This document shows positions 11,296-24,777 of a DNA stretch of 64,000 bases, one piece after another. This DNA is from Dendrobates tinctorius. Lineage: Eukaryota. The notes beneath the pieces are model-generated. The model saw only the letters and a program-made list of their open reading frames with translations. It did not search any database and was not told where the DNA came from. The position numbers and the translations under genes are program-made. The stretch is taken from assembly GCF_039654945.1 (NCBI RefSeq), contig NW_027361728.1:10974001-11038000 (forward strand), read 5' to 3'. Within the stretch, counting starts at the first letter, position 1; each line of letters begins with the position of its first letter.

Positions 11296-14200
11296 ATGAG
11301 GAAGTATGGAGGAAGAGGCCGCAGACGTTGGCAGGGGTAAGCAGCTGGTACTGATGGTGGTGGTGCATCGGCTGGTTCTGGCAAAAGCACAATAGTAGCT
11401 AAGGCAGGAGGTGTTGAGCCTGCATCATCGTCTGGCCCAAGAAGGCCTGTAAGGTTGCCTTTTCTTGGAGTAGGAAAACGGCTTTTAAAGCCGGAGCATC
11501 AGGAACAGGTTTTGGCGTACATTGCCGAGACAGCCACCAGCTCTATTGCCTCCTCTTCTGAACGTTCGAAACCTGCAAGCATGGAGTCGTCAGTGCAGGG
11601 TTCTGGTCAGGAAAAACACCTTTCCTTGTGTCCTTCACCCCCACCAAAAGTTAAGGATGTGGCGGCCCACACTTCAGAATACTCTATGGAGCTCTTTTCA
11701 CATACCATGCCTGGGTTATCCAGTCAAATCCAGAATTCCCCAGTCCAAGATGAATCTGACATGGAGTGCACTGATGCACAGCCGCTGCTAGATGATTCTG
11801 CTGGTGCATCGACCCAGAGCACTACATTGCCCTCGCAGTCTATTGAGCCAGAATCTGACCCTGATGAAACTCAGGTGCCCCTTCCCGCATACTATACCAC
11901 CATACACGGTGACACAGAGGAAGGTAAAGAGGAAGGTGCAGATGACTTTGAAGAGGAGGTGATGGAAGACCCAGTTCTTGACCTGGATTGCCATCCTTTG
12001 GGGGAGGAGGGTGGCGCTGGCAATAGTTCAGATAAGGAGAAGGATCCGCAGCAGGCATTGACATCGCAGCAGCAGTTATCTGCCAGGCCCGTAGCTGTCC
12101 AAAAACATGGAACAAAAACTAAAAGAGTTGCAGGACAGCTTGGCCAGACGGTCAACTTAGCACAGCGTGCAAGGCTAGAAAATGTATACCATAGTAGGAA
12201 GAGTGCAGTGTGGCACTTCTTTGTCCAAAATCCTACTGATGAGGAAAAGGTTAACTGTAAGAAGTGCAGAAGGACCTTTAGCTAAGGTAAACAACTCAGA
12301 AATTTGAATACCAGTTGCATGCTTAGACATTTAATCAACACGCACTTGCAAGCGTGGACGGACTATTAAACGTCAGGTAGCACATGTGCACCTGCTCTGA
12401 CTGAAGGTAGCCAGCAACGCTCCATTGCTTCCCCCACTGTAAGACCACCGCCACCATTAAGCACACCACCAGCACTAAATGTGGAGGTGTCGTCGCAAGG
12501 CCAAAGCACTCAAGGAATCACAATGGTTTTGCAAGACAACACTGAATCTAGGCCATCACCACCAATACCATCACAAACCCCCTCTCACTCTGTCCGGTCC
12601 ACGGTTACTTCCCCCATATGCAGCTCTCCAGTCCAGCTCACCCAACCAGACACTCTGAGTAGGAAAAGAAAGTACTCATCCTCTCATCCGCGTACACTTT
12701 GTTTGAATGCCTACATTGCCAAACTAATCTCATTAGAGATGATGCCCTACCGTTTGGTTGAAAGCGAAGCTTTCCACGACCTCATGGCCTAAGCTGTCCC
12801 ACGCTATGACCTACCCAGTCGGCACTTCTTTTCTTGAAAAGCCATCCCTGCCCTCCACCGACATGTGAAAGACCGCATTGTCCATGCACTTAAACAGTCA
12901 GTGAGCGGAAAGGTGCACCTCACAACAGATGCATGGACCAGTAGGCATGGCCAGGGCCATTACATGTCCATCACTGCGCACTGGGTTAAAGTGGTGGATG
13001 CAGGCTCCACTGGGGACAGCGGCGGTGGAACAGTGCTGCCTAGCCCACGGTATTGGAAACAGTTGGCTGTAGGCTTTCGATCCTCCTCTTCCTCCTCCTC
13101 TATCAGCGAAAGCTTGTCAACAGAGCGCAGTCACATGAGCACTCCATCCGCAGCTGGCAGTGTTGCACACTAGGTGTCCCACTATCAAACAGCTAGTGGT
13201 AAGCGTAAGCAGGCTGTGTTAAAGATGATGACACACCGCGGAGGTACTGGCCGACTACTTGCAATGACAAACTGAGTCCTGGCTGGGCAGTCTACATCTT
13301 GAGGCAGGCAAGGTAGTCAGTGATAACAGCCGTAATTTTGTGGCAGCCATAGCCCATGCAAAACTCACACACATACCTTGCCTGGCTCACACTTTGAACC
13401 TGGTGGTGCAGTGCTTCCTTAATAATTATCCGGAGTTAACAACCCTGCTCCATAAGGTGAGAAGACTGTGCTCGCACATCTGTCGCTCAAACGTCCACTC
13501 CACTCGTATGCAGAAGCTGCAGCGATTGCTCCACCTCCACAAGCACCGCCTAATTATAGACGTTGTAACAAGGTGGAACTCCACCCTGCACATGGTTGAG
13601 AGGCTGTGCGAAGAGAGGCAGGCTGTAATGCATTTGTGGGAGGATACACAGGCAGGCAGTTTGAGGGAAGACATGGAATTGTCGGGTGTGCAGTGGTCAA
13701 AGCTGAAAGACCTCTGTAAAGTCCATCTGTGTTTTGAGGAATGCACACGGCTGGTAAGTGCAGACGACGCCATCATAAGCATGAGCATCCCACTTATGCG
13801 TCTGGTCATGCAAAGTTTGACGCACATTAAGGATCAGGCGTCTGCAGCGGAGGAGGAGGAGGGAAGCCTTGATGACAGTCAGCCATTGTCTGGTCAGGGA
13901 ACTGTCCTGGACGAGGTGGAGGAAGAGGAGGAAGAGGAGGAGGAGGGGGATGATTATTTTGGGCAGGAGGATGCTTCTCAGGGGGCAAGAGAAAATGTTC
14001 GGGTTCCAAGGTCAATTACAGTGTTTGTGCGTGACTGTAGGGATGTGGATTTGCCAGAAAGTGCTCCTCCACCCACCACTGGCAGTGGATCATAGACACC
14101 TGGAATATTGGCCCACATGTGCGATTATGCCTTGTGGATCCTAAAAAGGGACCCTCGCATTGCCAAAATGATGAGGGATGACGACTACTGGCTGGCCAGC

Positions 14201-14806
14201 ATCCTCGAATCACGCTACAAAGGCAAATTATACAACATCATGCCACAGGAGAACCTAGAGATAATATTGGCTAACAAACCAGCAACTCTGGTAAACAGGT
14301 TGCTTGAGGCTTTCCCAGCACACAGCAGCTGTGCTGGTTCTCCCACGAGCCGTAGTGGGCACAATGGAAGAGGTGTTCGTGGTGCACACAGCCGAAGTGG
14401 CGTTGGAGACAGGGGTTTAATGACCATGTTGTGGAATGATTTCTGAAGTACCGCTCATACGACTGCTAATACTGCATCGATTAAAAGTGACAGGAGACAC
14501 CTGTTGTCAACTATGGTTACAAACTACTTCTCCCAAATTAATGTTCTCCCTCACAGGTCATTCCCCTTTGACTATTGGGCCTCTAAACTGGATGCCTGGC
14601 CTGAATTGGCACAATATGCCTTACAGGAGCTCGCTTGCCCTGCTGCTAGTGTGTTATCTGAAAGAGTCTTCAGTGCTGCTTGATCAATCCTGACAGAAAA
14701 AAGGACCCGTCTGTCTACCCAAAATGTTGATGATCTAACCTTCATTAAAATGAACCATGCATGGGTTTCAAAGGATTTTGTCCCACATTCCCCTGATGAC
14801 ACATAG
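11296..14806 (+). pseudogene. hAT transposase (ZBED-like), stops and frameshifts
   Basis: BED finger (SAVWHFF..CKKC..LRHL..H), VHLTTDAWTS, VSDN, CLAHTLNL (CxxH), TRWNS, and C-terminal ACPAASVLSERVFS. Confidence 0.93.
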
Positions 14807-15221
14807 ATTGCCAGAAAACTGCCTCGCTTTTGTCCTCCTCTTCCTCGGACTTGCCCTATTCTGCCCTTTGCAGCAGCTGAATGTCCAGCCAACACATCAA
14901 CATATGCCATTTTTTAAACCTCCCTAAGTGGGCTGCCCACACCCCCCCAATGGCTGGTGTCAACCCCTGGCACACCCGGGCAAGTGCCATTGCTCTGAAC
15001 AGGTGGATGGGCCCACAGATGGCCGACGGCACTGGCACAGCGCCCCTCATAGTACAATACAGTGTCTCTGACGGTGGGGGGACCCATTCGCCGTCAGACA
15101 CACCAGCGTACTATGAGGGGCCCTGTGCCAGTACCGTCAACCACGAGTGTGCCCCCCCTGCTTGGTCATGGCCACAGCACTTGCAAGTTGCAATACTTAC
15201 CTGTCCCTGCTCCACCGCTGT

Positions 15222-15620
15222 GTAGTCTGGTCAGTTAAATTCTTCACTTGGACGGCCACTAGAAATTTGGTGTATTGATCTATGATAGTTAAGATGTAGC
15301 TATGCCCTGTCCTGCTGGCCTCTACCTTCAGATGATCAATGGCTACCATTTGTAATGGACGTCAACTTACAAGCGGATGCAGTGGTGCTTTATGATCACC
15401 TTTCACAGTTGTGATATTCACAGACGTGTGACATCCCTGCCACCATTTTTCAATGTCTTCTCTCATGCCAATCCAATAGAATCGCCTACGGTCTGTAGCT
15501 TCTGTCTTTTGCACTCCAAAATGATACAAACCAGACAGGCCTAAATGCATCTGCACTAATACAGGGTGCAGCGGACCCCAGTAAAATGGCAACTGCACAG
15601 GTGCATAAATACCAAGTGAA
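15222..15620 (-). pseudogene. Gypsy integrase fragment
   Basis: Minus strand reads RRFYWIGMREDIEKW..C..APLHPL..RPLQMVAIDHLKVE..YILTIIDQYTKF. Confidence 0.8.
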
Positions 15621-15839
15621 AGAGCCAGCCTACCATCAGGGATTGGCCGTGTGGTACACCAGTGCAGAAGAAATAACCCGCATGTAGCAGTCATGAGGTT
15701 TTCCCATGATGAGTAATTCCCAAATTTCTGCTAACACTCGACTTTCTGTCTGTACTTGTATCCATGTAGTTTCCAGTAGTGGAGAGTCTGGACTGGCTTA
15801 CTGAGATTGAAATATATATGAAGATTTAAAAGTACCACA

Positions 15840-17133
15840 ACACTGTAAACTGTTGTACGCTTCGACTACCTTTCCCTTTTTCTACTTGCTAAATTCTGGT
15901 GTAATACACACTGAGCCTGTGAGTGTGTGTCTGACTCCCGAAGTATAGACGGAAATTTACAATTACCCCTAGACTGGATACACCTGGCATGTGCTGATAC
16001 AGTACCTTTGTTCAAAATTTTGTATTATGGTATCATCCATAGTGAGTGAGTGTGTGTGGTTTACGCCTTCTATATATACGGTGAATCGGAGATACCAATT
16101 TTTACTCTATACTCGATACAGCTTGTATCTTGCTATACAGTACCTTTGTTCGACATTTAGTATTACGGTCAAATCCATACTGAGTAAGCGTCTGAGACTG
16201 ACTATGGGACTATGTATGCGGAGATTTCAATTGTACCCTATATTATATATACTTGCTATCTTGTTATCTAGTACCTTTTTTACAACATTTTTTATTATGG
16301 TCAAACCCAGACTGAGTGAGCATCTGAGGGTGACTCCGTAAATACTGTATATACCGAGATTTCAAATTTGGCCAACACTGTATACAGCTGTACGCTTGTG
16401 TTACATTACCCATTTACAGCTTTTCATATTCTTGTGTAATCCATACTGGGCCTGAGAGCGTTTGTGTCTGCCTCCTGAAATGTATACGGAGATTCAGAAT
16501 GTTTACACTATACTATATATACCTTGTATCTGGTGATACTGTACCCTTTTTCACCTTTTTATTTTAGTGGGTAATCCATACTGAGCCTGTGAGCATCTGT
16601 GTATGACTCATGAAATATATACAGAGATTTACTGTTATCCCTAGACTGTATAGAGCTGTACGCTTCTGATACAGTACCATATATCTGCTGGTATTTTGGG
16701 TCAATTTTCTAAAACATGAGGAAGTATGGTGGAAGAGGACGTGGATGTGGGCATGGGGGGCCACCTGGTGTTGGTGGTGGTGCATCTGCTGGTAGTGCCA
16801 AAAACACAATAGCAGCTAAGGAAGGAGGTGTTGAGCTTGCGTTATGGTGTAGCTCTGGAAGGCCTGTAAGGCTCCGTTTTCTGGGAGTAGGTAGACTGCT
16901 TTTAAAGCCGGAGCATCAGGAACTGTTTTTGGCTTACATTGCTGAAACAGCCTCCAGCTCTATCGCCTCCTCTTCTGAAGTTTAAAAAAATGCAAGCACT
17001 GAATCGGAAGTGCAGGCTTCTGGTCAGGAGCAACCACTTTCCTTGTGTCCTTCACCCACACCAAAAGTAAAGGATGCGGCAGCACACGCTTCAGATTACT
17101 CCATGGAGCTCTTTTCACATACCATGCCTGGGT
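15840..17133 (+). repeat. Second copy of the hAT 5' region (~133-bp array plus first ~420 nt of transposase)
   Basis: 16716-17133 (MRKYGGRGR...MELFSHTMPGL) parallels 11296-11717 and is preceded by about six ~133-bp units. Confidence 0.88.
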
Positions 17134-17134
17134 T

Positions 17135-17800
17135 AATTAAAAATGGGGCCCATCATATACTGGAACATTCAAAATGGGGGACATCTGACACTGGAGCATT
17201 ATCCATGAGGCCCATCATATACTGGAGCATTCTAAAAGACACTGGAGCAGCATCTGTGGGGCACATGATTCACTGGAGCATTAGAAATGGGGCCCATTAT
17301 ATAAGGAACATTACTAGGGCCCAAAAGACACTGGAGCATCATCCATGAGGTCCATCATATACTGGAGCATTCCAAATGGGGGACATCAGACACTGGAGCA
17401 GCATTTACCGGGCCCATTAGACACTGGAGCATTAGAAATGGGGAGCATTATATATGGAGCATTATTAGGGCCCATAAGACACTGGAGCATCATCCATGAG
17501 GCCCATCATATACTGGAGCATTCCAAATGGGGGACATCAGACACTGGAGTAGCATTTACGGGGCCCTTTATACACTGGAGCATTACAAATGGAGCTCATT
17601 ATATATTGAGCATTATTAGGGCCCATCATACACTGGAGCATCGTCCATGGGGACCATCATATACTGTAGCATTATGTGGAGCTCATCATATACTGTATGG
17701 AACATTATATGTGGCCAATTATTCTGTATGGAGAAATATATGGGGCTCATTATTCTGTATGGCGCACAATGTGGTGGCCATAATACTGTATGGAGTAATA
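17135..17800 (+). repeat. GGGGCCCATCATATACTGGAGCAT minisatellite
   Basis: Tandem ~28-33 bp units, the inverse of those at 54670-58735. Confidence 0.88.
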
Positions 17801-18479
17801 TGCTGTCCTTTTTTTGAGCTATTGTACAATTTAAAATAGATCAGTCATGTCATGTAAGCAGTGAAGTATTTGTCATTGTACTATACCTATATTTCTGTGC
17901 CGTATCGGAGCATCATGAGTTGTGGTATGTGTTAAAGGGGCGCACTGACACTCTTTGGCCCAGGGCTCACGAAAACCTGGAGCCTGCCCGACCCCCCCAC
18001 AACTTTAGCCAAATAACCCCCTGTTTTCAATGCGTAACTATTATTATGAAGTAAATTAAGGTTGACAAGCTTCATTAATAAGAATTGATGTTTTTGGCAT
18101 TGAAATGGGCACTGTAGGTGTGTTTACTGTCCTCCACTCCCTGCCAACTTTGCTTCCCTATTGACTTGCATTGGGTTTCGTGTTTCAGTCAGCTTCCGAC
18201 TTTTCCCTATAGTCGGCCGATTTCGTTCGACCCAACTTTTGAGAAAGTCGGGTTTCATGAAACCCGACTCGACCCTAAAAAAGGCAAAGTTGCTCATCTC
18301 TATCAGCGACAAGTGGTAAATACAGTAATTACATTTTATTCATTCACCACGTGTGCAGCCACCAGCATTCTAGAAAACAGGATCTTAGAATGTGTTTTTT
18401 TTTCTAGTAAAGCAGGTTATTCTAAAAACTGTGTTTTTAAAATGTGTTGTGCTCGTAATATTTTACTTTATACTAAATG

Positions 18480-18933
18480 TAGGCTCATAGAAGATACATT
18501 ATACTAAATTGTGGTCTAAGAGGGGGCATTACACTAGATGAGGACATAACAGGGTAACATTATAGTAAATGGGGATATATTCGCTAAATTGGGCCAAAAG
18601 AAAAGGACATTATCCTAAATGATGAATGCTATATGTATAAAACGTTATACTATATGGGAGCCACAAAGAGGAACATTATACAGTATGGGTGCCAAAGAGG
18701 AATATACTATGGAGTATGGAGGCCAAATAGAGTGACATTGTACTATATGGTGGTAAAAAAGGGGGACATTATACTGTATGTGGGACATCGAGTGAGAAAT
18801 TATACTTTGTAGTGGCCACAGATGGGGACATTTCACTGCATAGGGGCCATTATTGCTTTATTGGGAGCCAGAGTTAGAGATATTAAACTATATGAGGAGG
18901 CATTATTAATGTAGATGGCCACAATGGGAGACA
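18480..18933 (+). repeat. Degenerate GGGACATTATACT-type minisatellite
   Basis: Recurrent ACATTATACT motif about every 35 bp. Confidence 0.55.
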
Positions 18934-18937
18934 TTAA

Positions 18938-19374
18938 AGGGTTTATCCAGGACTAAGTTTTTATACTCCTACTATAAAAAAATTTAACAGGCAGGTTGTT
19001 CCTAACTAGCTACTGACCAATCCAGCTTTCGATTCAGCTGCTCCACGTCAACAGAGCAGCTCTTCTTTTGTGCTGCTCTGTCGAGATCATGCTGATTGAC
19101 AGCCGACTCCACGAATTTAGGCAGCAGGGAGGCGGCTATCAATCAGCATGATATCTGCAGTCACACCCTGTGAACAGAGCTGAGCAGAAGAGAAGTCACT
19201 GCTCTGTCAATGTGATGTCAACAGAAGCCACAGAATCACTGGCAGGATTGGTCAGTGACCGATCTGTGATGGCAGAGGTTTGTGCTGAGCAAAAATGGCA
19301 GGTAGTTAGCAAACACCTGCCTGTTATCTCCTAGACACACAGTAATAAATATAATACAGTCCTGGATAAGCCTT
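18938..19374. mobile_element. Kolobok/T2-family MITE
   Basis: TTAA-AGGGTTTATCCAGGACT ... AGTCCTGGATAAGCCTT-TTAA, with an internal palindrome (TCATGCTGATTGA/TCAATCAGCATGA). Confidence 0.8.
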
Positions 19375-19627
19375 TTAAGAATGCCCCCATTGTGGCCCCA
19401 TACATTAAAAAGACTCCAATTGTGACCCATACATTAACAATGTGACCCAGTGTATAATGTCACCAGTGATCACTGTATTGCCTGTAGAATGTATTTTTAA
19501 CTATAGATCTCCTGTGTATAATGTTACTGGAGTTCACTTTATTACCTGTACACTTACACTATATACAGTGGCTTTTAATGTAATCACCCCCTTGGCTTTT
19601 TACCTATTTTCTTACAATGCAACATAG

Positions 19628-20381
19628 TGTGGCGCTCTCATGTGGTGTATAGCTGAGGGTTGTACTCCTGACAGGGTTTGATGTATCTTACGGTGGCCAA
19701 GCTTTCTGTCAGGAGAAGAGTCTTACCTTCTCAAATTACACACACAGGAAACTCAACAATACAATGTTCGCAAAGTAACTACCTCTAGCCAGATGATGAT
19801 GGTGGTAGTAGTTGGTGCATTTGAACCCCAGTCTTGAAGCAGCCATAAGAATTTGAACCAGAAGTCTTTTTACTGAAGGTAATGGGGCAAATTATTATTT
19901 ACAAACAGCAGTCAACTGAGGTACAGGATGACACTCACGGTGGATGATTGCTGTGTATCTGCAGACAGACAGATCTTATTAACCTCTGGTTTTATGAAGT
20001 CTGAATATTTCTTCTTCAGCACCGTACCCTATTTCTGCCCTGAGGTAATTCTTCCTCATATGAAGACTATTAACTCCCCTTATCGTGCCAGTCCCCTTTC
20101 TAATCAAAACTGGCAGCAAGAAATTCCTTCACCTACAAAATGGCTTCCTCTTCTTAAGATGTCCGATCACCAACTGCCATTTCAAGTTTAAAACTATCCC
20201 CCAGGACTTGGCTCCTCCCCTTCTATGTGACTGTAGAGATGCCATCATTGGCTGACTGCCCTGAGGCGTTTTTCTAGAACCTTCCAGAACCTTCTGCATA
20301 TTAAAACAGAGCTGGGTCACCTGATCAAGCCTGGGAGGAGAAGATTAACCCTTTTTGTGCTGCCTGTCAACTTGTCTCACA
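19628..20381. mobile_element. Possible old solo LTR
   Basis: TGTGGCG...TCTCACA termini and LTR-like composition. No clean TSD. Confidence 0.35.
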
Positions 20382-21063
20382 ATGTATTTAAAATCCACAG
20401 TCCACACAAAAATTCATAGCATTTATATGAAAACACACTATGTATCTGGTATCCCATAGAAATAGCCACTTTGTGGGGTACCACAATAGTAACATCGTTA
20501 GCAAGGTCGAAAAAAGACATCTGTCCATCCAGTTCAGCCTATATTCCATCACAACAAATCCCCAGATCTATGTCCTTCTAAAGAACATAATAACTGTAAG
20601 ATACAATATTGTTACGCTCCAGGAAGACATCCAGGCCTCTCTTGAACCCCTCGAATGAGTTCACCCTCACCACCTCCTCAGGCAAGGAATTCCAGATTCT
20701 CACTACCCTAACAGTAAAGAATCCTCTTCTATGTTGGTGGAAAAACCTTCTCTCCTCCAGACGCAGAGAATGCCCCCTTGTGACCGTCACCTTCCATGGT
20801 ATAAATAGCTCCTCGGGGAGATATTTGTATTGTCCTCTGATATACTTATACATGGTTATTAGATCGCCCCTCAGTCGTCTTTTTACTAGACTAAATAATC
20901 CTAATTTTGCCAATTTGTCTGGGTATTATAGTTCCCCCATCCCATTTATTAATTTTGTTGCCCTCCTTTGTACTCTCTCTAGTTCCATTTTATCCTTCCT
21001 GAGTACCTGTACACAGTACTTCATGTGCGGTCTAACCAGGGATTTGTACAGAGGCAGTATAAT

Positions 21064-21627
21064 TAGAACAAACAAAGTGCTAAATACCTTAGTAGGGAAA
21101 CATGGTGGACATAAATAAGAATGTACCACCATATTAGTATATATTCCACTCCATATACATAGTATCCAAAGGAGAGCAAAACGAGTAATGGATTCTAATG
21201 TTATAAAAAATATATAATCATTTTATTAATTCACAATTGGTATAGATAGAATACAAAAAGCATCATAGCAAAAATATAGGACACACAAAAATGGGGGTAA
21301 GTAACCCATGCATAAACACCCATACCCATAGGATTAGCAACGGTGTAAGCCACATAGTGTGGCAGCCCTTCTAAGGAAGAATAATACACCGAACTTAGCA
21401 ACCACCATAAAATTTGTCCCAAGTGGGGGAAGTTGACCAGACACTAGTGAGCGCTTACCAAAGGATATCTGCACGGGCACCCAGAGAGGATGAAAAGCCT
21501 CCTATGTGTGTCCTATATTTTTGCTATGATGCTTTTTGTGTTCTATCTATACCAATTGTGATTTAATAAAATGATTATACATTTTTTATAACATTAGAAT
21601 CTGTTACTCCTTTTGTTCTCCTTTGGA
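21064..21627 (-). mobile_element. PLE-like insertion with inverted arms and 17-bp TSD
   Basis: TACAGAGGCAGTATAAT at 21047-21063 and 21628-21644. Arms ~21162-21287 and ~21505-21630 are inverted. Confidence 0.7.
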
Positions 21628-21676
21628 TACAGAGGCAGTATAATGCTCTCATCATGTGTATGCAGACCTCTTTTAA

Positions 21677-22300
21677 TCTATAAGACACACTTTTTTCCCA
21701 AAATATTTTGGGGGAAAACGGGGGTGCGTCTTATAGTTAGAATTTACAGAATTTATGGCACTTACACTTAGCGGGAAGGCAGCAGGAGTTGGGAGATTCT
21801 TCCGGTGGTCCTCGACCAACTCTGCAGGGTGATGATTGTACAGCTGGTTTGGTGCTCGGTGGTGTGGAGGCATTGCTCATAGGCGGCGCATGCGCAGATT
21901 GAGATCTTGGCAACAAAATCTCGGGAGACTAGATCTCGGAGCCAAAATCTCAATCTGCGCATGCGCCGCCTCCGGTGGCCATTTTACCAGAGACCAGATT
22001 GATTCCCCAGGCACAGATTGAGATCTGGGCAACGAGATCTCATCCCAAGATCTCGTGAGACAATCTTGGAGCCGAGATCTCAATCTGTGCATGCACCGCC
22101 TCTGGCAGCCATAATCCCGAAGGCCACAGCATCGAGGCAATAGAAGTGCGGAGCCTCAGGCTTTCAGAAAATGTCGCCGGAGCCCCCAGCACCACAGCAC
22201 CATCATCACCCTGCAGCGTTGGACATCAGAAAGTGTCGTTGAAGCCCCCCACACCACTGAGCACTGCCACAACAGGCTGCATGGGTGCGAGATCATTCTC
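21677..22300. mobile_element. Partial Tc1/mariner-superfamily (Tc2/pogo-like) MITE
   Basis: CTATAAGACACAC...GGGGTGCGTCTTATAG subterminal palindrome and internal GAGATCTC repeats. Confidence 0.55.
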
Positions 22301-23089
22301 CATGTCAGATTTACCCAGTGGTTTCCTGTTCAGAATGGTGATATTGATACCTTCTTCCCATGTGTATAACCTTACATTTATCATTGTTAATCTGCATCTG
22401 CAACCTTTCTGCCCAAGTTTCCAATTTATCCAGATCCATCTATAGCAGAATACTATCTTCCCCTGTATTGACTGCTTTACATAGTTTTGTATCATCTGCA
22501 AATATCGATATTTTACTGTATAAACCTTCTACCAGATCGCTAATAAATATATTGAAGAGAATAGGTCCCAACACCGACCCCTGCGGTACCCCACTGGTCA
22601 CAGCGACCCAGTTAGAGAATATACCATTTATAACGACCCTCTGCTTTTTATCACTAAGCCAGTTACTTACCCATTTACACACATTTTCCCCCAGACCTGG
22701 CATTCTCATTTTGTATACCAACCACTGGTGTGGCACGGTATCAAATTCTTTGGAAAAATCAAGATATACCACATCCAATGACTCACCATGATCCAGTCTA
22801 TAACTTACCTCTACATTAAAGCTGATTAGATTGGTTTGACAGGAGCGATTCCTCTTAAATCCATGATGATATGGAGTTAAACAGTTATTCTCATTGCGAT
22901 AATCCAGAATGATATCCCTCAGAAACCCTTCAAATATTTTACCAACAATAGAGGTTAGACTTACTGGCCTATAATTTCCAGATTCACTTTCAGCGCTTTT
23001 TTTGAATATATGGTACCACATTTGCTATGTGCCAGTCCTGCGGAACAGATCCAGTCGCTATAGAGTCCCTAAATATAAGAAACCTTATA

Positions 23090-24651
23090 ACAACCTGTGT
23101 TTAAATATTTTTGTAGTTCGATTGGTGTGTGATGCATCAGCACTAAATAGTCTAACTTGTTGAAGTGAAATAAGAAAAATATAGGCATAAATTAAATTTA
23201 TGTTATCAGATAACTAAAAATGATTACCCAATTTGCGATGAAGCCCTAAAAATTTCTGGTGCAAGCAATTATCTTCATATCTTCATTATCTATACCATTT
23301 GTAGTGACAGAACATCCACTTGTGTGCAATCTAAGTGTCACATTGTCTGTCAGTGTATACACACCTTTTCTGAAAGGCCACAGAGGCTGCAAGACCATTA
23401 AGCAAGAGACACCACTAACCAAACACCATGAAGACCAAGGAGATCTCCAAATCAGTCAGAGACAAAGTTGTTGAAAAGTACAAGTCAAGGTAGGGCTATA
23501 AATAATATCCCAATCTAATCTCTGATGATCCCCTGGAGCACCATCAAAACCAGTATCATCAAATGTAAAGAACATGGTACCACAACAAACCTACCGAGAG
23601 AGCCGCTCACAAAAACTCTTAGCCCAGGCAAGGAGGGCATTAATAGAGAGGCTGCAAAGAGATCAAAGTTAGTCCAGAAGGAGCTGCAAATTTCCCAAGT
23701 AGAGACTGGAGTATCTGTCCATACGACCAAAATAAGCCTCCATAGAGGTGGCTTTTATGGAATAGTAGGCAGAAAAAAAGCCTCCACTTTATACACAAAA
23801 ATTGAAAAGCTTGTTTTGAGTTTTCCAAAAGATATGTGGGAGACTCCCTAAATATATGGAGGAAGGTGCTATGGTCAGATGAGACCAAAATTGAACTTTT
23901 TAGTCACCAAAGTAAACGCTGTGTCTGGTGTCAAACCAACACAACTCATCACCCCAAGAACACCATCCCAACAGTGAGACACAGTAAGGACAACATCATT
24001 CTGTAGGGATGTTTTTCAGCAGCAGGGACAGTAGAAATGGTCCGAGTTGAGGGGAAGATGGATAGTGCGAAATACAGGTATATTCTTGAGCAAAACCTGT
24101 TTCATTCCTTCAGTGATTTGAAACTGGGATGGAAGTTCACATTCCATCAAGACAATGAAAAAGCATACTGCTAAAGCAACTCTCAAGTGGTGTAAGGGGA
24201 AACGTGTAAATGTTTTGGAGTGGCCTAGTCAAAACATAGATGTTTATCTGATTGACAATCTGTAGTCAGACTTGAAGATTGCTGTTCACCAGAGGAAACT
24301 ATCTAACTTGAAGGAGCTTGAGCAGTTTTGCCTTGAGGAATGGGCAAAAATCCCAGTAGCAAGATGTGGAAAGCTCATAGAGACTTATGCAAAGCGACTT
24401 GTAATTGCCGCAAAAGGAAGCTCTACAAAATACTGACTTTAGAGTGGTGAATAGTCACACACATAGACATTTTCAGTAATTTTGTCCTATTTGTTATTTG
24501 GATCATTCAAAAAAAGAAAACCAAATATTCACAGTTGTAGGCATGTCCTTTACATGAACTGATACAAATCCTAAAAAAAAGTGAAATCCCAGGTTGTGAG
24601 GTAGCAAAACAAGAAAAATGCCAAGGGGTTGAATACTTTTGCAAGCCACTG
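23090..24651 (+). mobile_element. Older Tc1 element (second family), decayed
   Basis: ATG at 23428 (MKTKE), WSDETKIELF near 23870, QDN near 24150, stop at 24436. Right end ...TTTTGCAAGCCACTG followed by TA. Confidence 0.88.
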
Positions 24652-24777
24652 TACTATCTACAGTGCTCCTGTGTATAAAGTCACCATAAGATTACTGTAT
24701 CATCCATTAATTTAACTATCCATTATATTTCGAGCTCCTGTGTAAAACCATTGCTATGGTTTTAGTTAATGATCAGT

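Larger units (their letters stand above)
14948..17990. mobile_element. Nested non-autonomous element (CAGGGCCGGC-like termini) inside hAT copy 1, internally rearranged
   Basis: 14948-15222 matches 58915-59176 inverted, and 17135-17990 matches 54475-55200 inverted. C-runs flank both ends. Confidence 0.7.
9851..18302 (+). mobile_element. Large hAT DNA transposon (BED-finger transposase), copy 1
   Basis: TIRs TAGAGTTGAG...CTCATCTCTA. 8-bp TSD TCAGTGAC (9843-9850) / TCAGCGAC (18303-18310). hAT transposase inside. Confidence 0.93.
20486..23085 (-). mobile_element. CR1 LINE, 5'-truncated, interrupted at 21064-21627 and ~21677-22300
   Basis: ORF 22440-23021 ([39 protein letters not shown]) and C-terminus 20578-20913 (RRLRGDLI, TRGHSLRL, WNSLP). 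Confidence 0.93.

Noticed and set aside
11296-14806. Domesticated ZBED host gene
   Set aside because: Many stops and frameshifts, TIRs and TSD are present, and there is a second decayed copy in the window.
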